From the NCBI RefSeq assembly GCF_003289925.1, contig NZ_QLZQ01000002.1:51282-83281 (forward strand): 32,000 nt of DNA, written 5' to 3'. The position numbers and the translations under genes were made by a program. Origin of the DNA: Planococcus maitriensis. GTDB lineage: Bacteria > Bacillota > Bacilli > Bacillales_A > Planococcaceae. The notes under the pieces were generated by a model that was not told the origin of the DNA, ran no database searches, and worked only from the letters and a program-made list of their open reading frames with translations. This document shows, one piece after another, positions 25,542 through 32,000 of the stretch (the first letter of the stretch is position 1; each line of letters begins with the position of its first letter).

Positions 25542-26132
25542 ATGGACATTTTGCTTCCGGTAATTATCGCTTATTTACTCGGATCCATCCCTTCAGCATT
25601 ATGGATCGGAAAACTTTTCTACAATACCGACATCCGGACTAAGGGCAGCGGCAATTTAGGGGCGACCAACACATTCCGCGTGCTGGGCCCGAAAGCCGGA
25701 TTTATCGTCACCGTCCTGGATATTCTAAAAGGCACGGCTGCGACACTGCTGCCGCTTGTCATGGCCACCGATGTCCACCCGCTTATCCTGGGTGTTATTG
25801 CGGTCATTGGCCATATGTTTCCGGTGTTTGCCCGTTTTAAAGGCGGCAAGGCCGTTGCTACTTCCGGCGGGATCCTGCTTGGCTATCAGTGGCCGTTGTT
25901 TTTACTCGCCGTAGCCGTTTTATTGATTGCGTTGAAGATCACGAAAATGGTCTCGTTGTCTTCCATCATTTTAGCGGTCGTGTCGGTCATCTATACGGTC
26001 ATTTACACCATCAATACCGGCGATTACTTGTTTTTTGCCGTGATCTTAACACTCGCCACGTTCATCATTTACCGGCATCGCGCGAACATTGCGCGCATCC
26101 GCGCAGGCACCGAACCGAAGATCAAGTGGTAG
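25542..26132 (+). CDS. plsY: Glycerol-3-phosphate acyltransferase PlsY
   Basis: 196 aa. [13 protein letters not shown]...[15 protein letters not shown]...[28 protein letters not shown] upstream. Confidence 0.92.
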   Translation: MDILLPVIIAYLLGSIPSALWIGKLFYNTDIRTKGSGNLGATNTFRVLGPKAGFIVTVLDILKGTAATLLPLVMATDVHPLILGVIAVIGHMFPVFARFKGGKAVATSGGILLGYQWPLFLLAVAVLLIALKITKMVSLSSIILAVVSVIYTVIYTINTGDYLFFAVILTLATFIIYRHRANIARIRAGTEPKIKW

Positions 26133-26153
26133 AACCTGAAAGGACGTGTTGGC

Positions 26154-26450
26154 ATGGAAATCCATTTGAGCAAAGATGCAAGAGATTGGTTCCATAACGA
26201 AATGGAAGTCGAGGCCGGCGAAGCGGTACGGTTTTTCGTCCGCTACGGAGGAGACGGGCTGCAGCCAGGCTTCTCTCTCGGCGTCACGAAAGACAGCCCG
26301 TATGAAGCGGTGGTCCGGCTGGAAGAGGATGAAGTGCTGTATTTCATAGAAGAAGCCGATCATTGGTATTTCGATGAACACGACCTGCATGTCACCGTGG
26401 ATGACACTTTGGGGGAATTGAGTTATTCATATGAATCAAAAGAAGCATGA
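26154..26450 (+). CDS. yneR: HesB/YadR/YfhF-family small protein (YneR-like)
   Basis: 98 aa. Position and size match B. subtilis yneR next to plsY, with the RFFVRYGG...GFSLGV pattern. Confidence 0.65.
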   Translation: MEIHLSKDARDWFHNEMEVEAGEAVRFFVRYGGDGLQPGFSLGVTKDSPYEAVVRLEEDEVLYFIEEADHWYFDEHDLHVTVDDTLGELSYSYESKEA

Positions 26451-26478
26451 CGCAACTCGGCGTCATGCTTCTTTTTTT
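26441..26478. terminator. Bidirectional terminator between yneR and yneQ
   Basis: AGAAGCATGACGC (26441-26453) pairs with GCGTCATGCTTCT (26460-26472), followed by TTTTTT. It overlaps both stop codons. Confidence 0.8.
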
Positions 26479-26797
26479 ATTCATTCGGATTTCCGTTGTT
26501 TTTGACTAACCTATTCAATTGATCGAGGCGGCCTTCCGCTTCAAGGATTTCCGCTTGCCTGTTCCCGAATAAATCGAAATGCGGGTAATCATTCCGCAGA
26601 TCGAGCCACTCGCGCTGCAGGCCGTAGCGGCTCCCCCAGTCGACCAATTTGTCGATATCCGAGCAGCCTACCTTCGTCACCGTCGAACAGCCGGGAAAAC
26701 GGTGGTCCACCCAGTAATGGGTCAAAAAAGAGATATGGCCGGCTTGTACATCCTGTTTCCAGCGTTCCAATTCAGGTCGTCGGATTCCGAACGCCAT
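26477..26797 (-). CDS. yneQ: YneQ-like protein of unknown function
   Basis: 106 aa. Strong SD GAGGGGGGGAGA lies 3 nt before the ATG at 26797. The position between the yneP-like and yneR-like genes matches B. subtilis. Confidence 0.65.
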   Translation of the reverse strand: MAFGIRRPELERWKQDVQAGHISFLTHYWVDHRFPGCSTVTKVGCSDIDKLVDWGSRYGLQREWLDLRNDYPHFDLFGNRQAEILEAEGRLDQLNRLVKNNGNPNE

Positions 26798-27221
26798 GTT
26801 CTCCCCCCCTCACCACTTCCTTGTATTTTGCATCCCATTCAGGTGCCACTTTCGCTAGCGGGACCGGACGGAAATTGTCTTTTTTCACCACGACATGCTC
26901 AGAGGTCGCTTTCGCGGCCAGCGTCCCGTCCTCGTGTAGCACCTCATAGCCGTATGTGGTCCTCAAGCGGCCGTGTGATTCCACCCAGGTCTTGACGCGC
27001 GCTTTTTGCCCGTAGCGCAGCGCCGCTTTGTATTGGATAGAGATATCGGTCACCGGGGACAAGAACCCTTGCGATTCCATCCCCGCGTACGTAAAGCCGA
27101 GATCCTCGATCAATTGGGTGCGCCCGAGCTCAAGCCAGACCAAATAATTCGCGTGATAGACGACACCCATCTGGTCCGTTTCCGCGTAGCGGATTTCAAT
27201 TTCCTTTTCGCTTATGTACAT
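26772..27221 (-). CDS. yneP: Acyl-CoA thioesterase, hotdog/4HBT family (YneP-like)
   Basis: IEIRYAETDQMGVVYHANYLVWLELGRTQL is an Asp-containing 4HBT motif. The ATG at 27221 is preceded by SD GGAGAGGTGAAGGA. The upstream part of the track ORF (to 27395) is rejected. Confidence 0.8.
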   Translation of the reverse strand: MYISEKEIEIRYAETDQMGVVYHANYLVWLELGRTQLIEDLGFTYAGMESQGFLSPVTDISIQYKAALRYGQKARVKTWVESHGRLRTTYGYEVLHEDGTLAAKATSEHVVVKKDNFRPVPLAKVAPEWDAKYKEVVRGGEHGVRNPTT

Positions 27222-27424
27222 TTCCTTCACCTCTCCTCTAGTATACAGGACATGTCTCGGGATCAAAAAGCACAAGCCTCTGGAATGCCTTGGTTTCAAA
27301 AGCTTTTTGTCCGCTTGCTGTTGCAGGTTCACGCACAAGTCTCCTTGTTCACTAGCTGCACTTGCTGGCTTTTCCCGAACGGCTCTCGGCATCATCGATA
27401 GCTAAATCTTAAATTTTTTCCTCA

Positions 27425-27456
27425 AAACAAAAAGGCCGCCCAGAGGCAGCCTTTTT
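27425..27456 (-). terminator. Rho-independent terminator after citB
   Basis: AAGGCCGCC-CAGA-GGCAGCCTT forms a stem with one mismatch, followed on the minus strand by TTTTGTTTTG. Confidence 0.75.
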
Positions 27457-27461
27457 GTTTT

Positions 27462-30176
27462 TTATGCTTCTAGCAATTTGTTGCGGAGCACCATTTGCAG
27501 GATGCCGCCGTGACGGAAGTAGTCGACTTCCACTTCTGAATCGAAGCGTGCGAGGACTTGGAATTCCGTTACTTTGCCATCTTCAGCAGTTGCTGTGACA
27601 GTCAGTACGTCGCGCGGTTTCACGTCGTCAGACAAGTTGACGCTGATTGTTTCGTGGCCTGTAAGACCAAGTGATTCAGCGTTTTCGCCGTTAACGAATT
27701 GAAGCGGCAAGACGCCCATCATGACAAGGTTTGAACGGTGAATACGCTCATAGCTTTCCGCGATGACTGTTTTGACGCCAAGAAGGAATGTTCCTTTGGC
27801 AGCCCAGTCACGGGAAGAGCCCATGCCGTAGTCTTTACCGGCTAGAACCACGAGGCCAGTGCCTTGCTCTTGGTACTTCATGCATGCATCGTAGATTGGC
27901 ATAACTTCGCCAGTCGGCCAGAATGTCGTGAAGCCGCCAGTTGTGCCTGGTGCGACTTGGTTACGGATACGGATGTTCGCAAACGTACCACGCATCATGA
28001 CTTCGTGGTTTCCGCGGCGGGAACCGTAGGAGTTGAAGTTGCGCGGCTCAACGCCGTGTTCACGCAAGTACAATCCAGCAGGTGTGTCTTTTCCGATCGC
28101 GCCAGCCGGTGAAATGTGGTCAGTCGTGATCGAATCAGCAAATTTCGCCATGACGCGTAGGCCTGAAAGCGGCTGGATCGGTGCCGGTTCTTTTGAAAGG
28201 CCAGTGAAGAATGGCGGGTTTTGGATATAAGTCGAAGATTCGTCAAATGCGTACAATGAATCGTCGTTTGTTTCGATTGCGTTCCAAGCATCGTTTTCTG
28301 TGAAGACGTGCTCGTATTCTTTACGGAACAATTCAGGCGTTACTGTGTTGTGTACGACATCTTTTACTTCTTCAGTAGAAGGCCAGATATCTTTGAAGAA
28401 CACATCGTTGCCGTCTTTGTCCTGGCCGATCGGGTCTGTTGCGAAGTCGATATCCACTGTTCCTGCAAGTGCATAAGCTACAACGAGCATCGGGGATGCC
28501 AAGTAGTTTGCTTTTACCAATGGGTGGATACGCCCTTCAAAGTTACGGTTACCGGACAATACTGAAGAAACGAGCAAGTCGTTTTCAACGATCGCTTCTT
28601 CGATTTCCGGAAGAAGCGGGCCGGAGTTACCGATACATGTTGTACAGCCATAACCGACCAAGTTGAAGCCGATTTGGTTCATGTAGTCAAGAAGGCCGGA
28701 ATCGTTCAAATAGCCAGTAACGACTTTTGAACCTGGAGCCAATGACGTTTTCACGTATGGCGGAGGCGTCAAGCCTAATTCAACAGCTTTTTTCGCAACT
28801 AGGCCAGCCCCGAGCATAACGTACGGGTTTGACGTGTTTGTGCAAGATGTAATGGCAGCAATCGCCAAAGCGCCTGTTTTCATTTCAGCAGTCTTGCCGT
28901 CATTGAATTTAACAGTTGCTGTTTTGTTGATTTCATTCTCATCCAACGCGAAACCGTGTGGTCCTTCAGCAGCCGTGATTGCAGTGTTGAACTCTTTCTT
29001 CATTTGAGAAAGCGGAATCAAATCCTGCGGGCGTTTAGGGCCGGATAGGTTCGGTTCGATTGTCGACAAGTCGATTTCCACAAGGTCTGTATAGATTGGA
29101 TCTTCGTTGTCGACAGTGAAGAACATGTCATTCGCTTTCAAGTATTCTTTTGTGATCGCGATTTGCTCTTCAGTACGCGCTGTTAGACGCATGTAAGTAA
29201 GTGCTTCTTCGTCTACCGGGAAGAAACCGCAAGTTGCGCCGTATTCAGGTGCCATGTTGGCAATTGTCGCGCGGTCAGCAAGCGGCAATGTTGTAACGCC
29301 AGGCCCGAAGAACTCGACGAATTTGCCGACTACGCCTTTTTTACGCAATGTTTCAGTGACTTTAAGCGCCAAATCCGTCGCAGTTGCGCCGTTTGGCAGT
29401 TCGCCAGTCATTTTCACGCCGATAACTTCAGGAATCGGGAAGTATGAAGGTTGGCCGAGCATGCCCGCTTCCGCTTCGATACCGCCGACGCCCCAACCAA
29501 GAACGCCGATCCCGTTGATCATGGTCGTGTGGGAGTCTGTACCGACGAGCGTATCCGGGAAGGCTTCGAATGTGCCATCTTCGTTTGGTACAGCGTGGAC
29601 AACATTCGCCAAGTACTCAAGGTTTACTTGGTGGACGATACCAGTAGCTGGTGGAACCGCACGGTAGTTGTCGTAAGCTTTTTGAGCCCAGTTCAAGAAC
29701 TGGTAACGCTCTGCGTTGCGTTCAAACTCAAGCTCCATGTTCGCGCGCAGTGCATCTTCAGTGCCGTAACGGTCAACTTGCACCGAGTGGTCAATGACCA
29801 AGTCAACCGGGATTTCCGGGTTGATCTTGTCCGGGTCGCCGCCCATTTCAGCCATTGCTGAACGAAGTGCTGCCAAGTCAACGACAACCGGTACGCCGGT
29901 GAAATCTTGAAGGATGACACGTGAAGGTTTGAATGGAACTTCCGCTTCTTTGTTCGCGTCTTTGCCCCATTTTGCTAGTTCTTCTACATGTTCGTCTTTG
30001 ATGACATATCCGTCGTGCTGGCGCAATACGGATTCCAATAGTACTTTTACAGAGTACGGAAGGCGAGATACTTTCGCGATCCCCGCTTCTTCGAGTGCTG
30101 CGAGACGATAATAGTTATACGTCTTGCCGTTTAGCTCGAACGATGTGCGGCTGTTGTGCAAACTGCTCTTTGCCAT
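27462..30176 (-). CDS. citB: Aconitate hydratase (aconitase A / CitB)
   Basis: 904 aa. It has VGTDSHTTM and the Fe-S ligand motifs [10 protein letters not shown] and [14 protein letters not shown], plus [21 protein letters not shown] lies 7 nt upstream. Confidence 0.95.
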   Translation of the reverse strand: MAKSSLHNSRTSFELNGKTYNYYRLAALEEAGIAKVSRLPYSVKVLLESVLRQHDGYVIKDEHVEELAKWGKDANKEAEVPFKPSRVILQDFTGVPVVVDLAALRSAMAEMGGDPDKINPEIPVDLVIDHSVQVDRYGTEDALRANMELEFERNAERYQFLNWAQKAYDNYRAVPPATGIVHQVNLEYLANVVHAVPNEDGTFEAFPDTLVGTDSHTTMINGIGVLGWGVGGIEAEAGMLGQPSYFPIPEVIGVKMTGELPNGATATDLALKVTETLRKKGVVGKFVEFFGPGVTTLPLADRATIANMAPEYGATCGFFPVDEEALTYMRLTARTEEQIAITKEYLKANDMFFTVDNEDPIYTDLVEIDLSTIEPNLSGPKRPQDLIPLSQMKKEFNTAITAAEGPHGFALDENEINKTATVKFNDGKTAEMKTGALAIAAITSCTNTSNPYVMLGAGLVAKKAVELGLTPPPYVKTSLAPGSKVVTGYLNDSGLLDYMNQIGFNLVGYGCTTCIGNSGPLLPEIEEAIVENDLLVSSVLSGNRNFEGRIHPLVKANYLASPMLVVAYALAGTVDIDFATDPIGQDKDGNDVFFKDIWPSTEEVKDVVHNTVTPELFRKEYEHVFTENDAWNAIETNDDSLYAFDESSTYIQNPPFFTGLSKEPAPIQPLSGLRVMAKFADSITTDHISPAGAIGKDTPAGLYLREHGVEPRNFNSYGSRRGNHEVMMRGTFANIRIRNQVAPGTTGGFTTFWPTGEVMPIYDACMKYQEQGTGLVVLAGKDYGMGSSRDWAAKGTFLLGVKTVIAESYERIHRSNLVMMGVLPLQFVNGENAESLGLTGHETISVNLSDDVKPRDVLTVTATAEDGKVTEFQVLARFDSEVEVDYFRHGGILQMVLRNKLLEA

Positions 30177-30237
30177 AATCGTGTTCCTCCTTTAAATCTT
30201 CTGAAAAGGCGTGTTACCGCGTCTTTTCTCCTCTTCC

Positions 30238-30266
30238 ATCATACCGAAACAAAGTGCATAAGTAAA
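30238..30266 (-). promoter_or_regulatory. Candidate sigma-A promoter of citB (TTTACT-17-TATGAT)
   Basis: On the minus strand, TTTACT (30266-30261), a 17-nt spacer and TATGAT (30243-30238), giving a leader of about 55 nt. Confidence 0.45.
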
Positions 30267-30306
30267 TTACATTAAAATTATACTTTGTGATAAGTTTTCC
30301 GAATGA

Positions 30307-30870
30307 CTATTTCTTATTCTCATCGATTTTTCTTAAGGTCTGTTCCAACTGCGACAAATGCCGTTTCTCGTGGTAACCGACAAATGGAAACCATTGCACA
30401 AGCGGCACATCGCCAAACACAGGGTGCGGCATCGAATTATTCTTCAGGATTTCCGCATCCGCCGAAGCGAAAACTTCATATAACCGGTTCCTGGATGAAT
30501 TCAATTTCTTTTTCATTTCATCTAGCGTGAAATAATGTTCTTCCGGCACGGTGTGCTTCGGTGCATCCACTTTGACTTTGCGGCTGACCGATAATTGAAT
30601 CGGTTTCTTCCAGGCTTTTTTCTGTTCATTTTTTTTCGCTGCTCTTGCGACGCCTTCTGCAATCGTCGTTTCGATTTTCTGGAGATGGTCCAGGATCTGC
30701 ATGGCGGACCACTCGCTCTCAGACGGTTTTTGATTAAGGTCTTCATCGCTGAATGGTTCGACTTTTTTCAAGATGGTATGGCGGATTCTTGCGTTTTCTT
30801 CATTTTGCAAATACAGCACCCCATTTCTTTTCCCATTATCTTTCTTTATACCCTTTTTGTCGATAATCAT
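30307..30870 (-). CDS. DinB-family (DinB_2-like) metal-dependent protein
   Basis: 187 aa. WSAMQILDHL...PHPVFGDVPLVQWFPFVGYHEKRHLSQL shows the spaced His pattern of the DinB four-helix bundle. The SD is weak, so the start is uncertain. Confidence 0.6.
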   Translation of the reverse strand: MIIDKKGIKKDNGKRNGVLYLQNEENARIRHTILKKVEPFSDEDLNQKPSESEWSAMQILDHLQKIETTIAEGVARAAKKNEQKKAWKKPIQLSVSRKVKVDAPKHTVPEEHYFTLDEMKKKLNSSRNRLYEVFASADAEILKNNSMPHPVFGDVPLVQWFPFVGYHEKRHLSQLEQTLRKIDENKK

Positions 30871-31024
30871 TCGTTTTTTCGCCTTAGATGCCCCTCTTTG
30901 TTTGCGGGGTTTTTATTTTTTCATTTTTCCTTATGTAGTTCATTACTTATGAATGAATAAAACAGCTTTTTTCAGTCATTTCCACCCGGAACAAGGGAAA
31001 GCACGTTCTATTTCGACCCAAAAC

Positions 31025-31033
31025 TGGTATAAT
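31025..31033 (+). promoter_or_regulatory. Extended -10 element (TGgTATAAT) for the recombinase-like gene
   Basis: TG at 31025-31026 and TATAAT at 31028-31033, 24 nt upstream of the ATG at 31058. Confidence 0.4.
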
Positions 31034-31057
31034 GAATAAAACCTAGTAGAGAGGTGA

Positions 31058-31936
31058 ATGCCCATGCCATACGGTTACGAAAAATACAGACTGGATAACG
31101 GCATCAGCCCGAACACGGTTATCCATGAAGTCCAATTGATCCGCGCCCTTTTTGCCTTTTTGCGGAAAACCTATAAAAAATCGGTCGAGCCCCATGAGAT
31201 CCGCCCTTCCGATATCCAGAAATTCCTGTTGGAGCAAAAAGAAGCCGGCATCAAAGACAGCACCTTGAACCGCAAATTGATTTATATCCGCCGCTGGTTC
31301 GATTATATGTGGCAGATCGGCAAGATCCCGAATGATTTCATGCCGAAATTCAAATTGAACCATAAGCTTGATTTAAAACCGCACGATATCGAAGTCAATT
31401 ACGAACATCTATTGGAAAAGAAACCGGATGTGCTGAAGTCCGCCAAGCTGCCGCTAAACGCCAAGCTGCTGTATGTCTTTTATCTAAGGGGCTTGCGCCT
31501 CCGTGATATGGTAAGGATCGATATCGATAACTTCCTGGATGACGCAGACGGCCTCCACCTGGATGTCGAAAAAAAAGACGGTTACCATTGTACGCTGCAT
31601 TTCGATAAAGACGAAGAGGCCGTGATGGAACAAGGAATTGAACGCGCGAAAACACGCGGCACTTCCTACTTGCTGTCGTCGAAAGTGAAAGACCAATTCA
31701 CTAGCTTTCAAATGGGGTCCCTGTCCGACTATACCGAGGCGCTTGCCGATTTCGTCGGCGCCCCGATGCGGTCGGGGGATATCCGATTTGCGTACGTCCA
31801 TTACCTGTATGCGGTCGAACACAAGAATTTGGAGGAGATCCAGGAAATCCTTGGCGTCTCGCTCGAATCTGCTTCCCGCATGCTGAAAGACTCCCTTGTG
31901 CGCATGAAACGGCAAGCCCATCCGCCAAAGGCATGA
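31058..31936 (+). CDS. Tyrosine-recombinase-like protein (integrase fold) with a degenerate catalytic set
   Basis: The N-terminal SAM-like core-binding pattern is SPNTVIHEVQLIRALFAFL...IRPSDIQKFLL...STLNRKLIYIRRWFDYM. The box I Arg is kept (GLRLRDMVRI). The box II region reads GDIRFAYVHYLY...ILGVSLESASRMLKDSL, which lacks the canonical His residues and the Tyr nucleophile. SD AGAGAGGTG upstream. Confidence 0.65.
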   Translation: MPMPYGYEKYRLDNGISPNTVIHEVQLIRALFAFLRKTYKKSVEPHEIRPSDIQKFLLEQKEAGIKDSTLNRKLIYIRRWFDYMWQIGKIPNDFMPKFKLNHKLDLKPHDIEVNYEHLLEKKPDVLKSAKLPLNAKLLYVFYLRGLRLRDMVRIDIDNFLDDADGLHLDVEKKDGYHCTLHFDKDEEAVMEQGIERAKTRGTSYLLSSKVKDQFTSFQMGSLSDYTEALADFVGAPMRSGDIRFAYVHYLYAVEHKNLEEIQEILGVSLESASRMLKDSLVRMKRQAHPPKA

Positions 31937-31940
31937 AAAA

Positions 31941-31977
31941 GACACCCATTTCGCCAATGCAAATGGGTGTCTTTTTT
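31941..31977 (+). terminator. Rho-independent terminator after the recombinase-like gene
   Basis: GACACCCATTT (31941-31951) pairs with AAATGGGTGTC (31961-31971), followed by TTTTTT. Confidence 0.8.
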
Positions 31978-32000
31978 GGGCTGTTCATTCAGGTCTTCCG

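Noticed and set aside
27222-27395. N-terminal extension of the yneP-like ORF
   Set aside because: The hotdog domain begins at MYISEKE (ATG at 27221), which has a strong SD. The extension runs toward the citB terminator region and has no SD.
30895-30940. Weak CCCC...GGGG hairpin followed by a T-run on the plus strand
   Set aside because: The stem is only 4-5 bp with an 11-nt loop, and there is no upstream plus-strand gene to terminate. It is likely fortuitous in AT-rich promoter DNA.

Overview
The window looks like a core chromosomal segment of a Bacillales-type Firmicute. That placement is an inference from gene order: citB-yneP-yneQ-yneR-plsY-yneT-parE-parC on the right half mirrors the Bacillus subtilis arrangement. 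All calls come from manual translation, motif recognition and hairpin or promoter inspection; no database or covariance-model search was run.

Left to right, the window contains:
- A 966-codon N-terminal part of nitrate reductase narG on the minus strand. It runs off the left edge, so it is absent from the supplied ORF track.
- modABC, preceded by a structured leader.
- A translationally coupled hemerythrin-like and SEC-C/TPR gene pair.
- A small hydrophilic gene with a sigma-B-type promoter.
- A stand-alone sdhB-like Fe-S gene with its own promoter.
- An EamA transporter, a VOC protein and a YeeE/YedE sulfur transporter.
- A minus-strand operon of an AcsA-like ligase, an SsuE-like FMN reductase and an NtaA/DszA-family monooxygenase.
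- An AraC regulator with a DedA/VTT membrane protein, a second acyl-CoA ligase and a GNAT.
- parE-parC with a LexA-like box, then yneT, plsY, yneR, yneQ, yneP and citB.
- A DinB-family protein and a tyrosine-recombinase-like gene that appears to lack most catalytic residues.

I found no rRNA, tRNA, CRISPR array or IS element.

The most notable observation is that the AcsA-like operon is preceded by two complete SAM-I (S-box) riboswitches in tandem, each with its own terminator. This implies SAM-responsive control of a gene set not classically linked to the S-box regulon, and it may mark an uncharacterised organosulfur salvage route.
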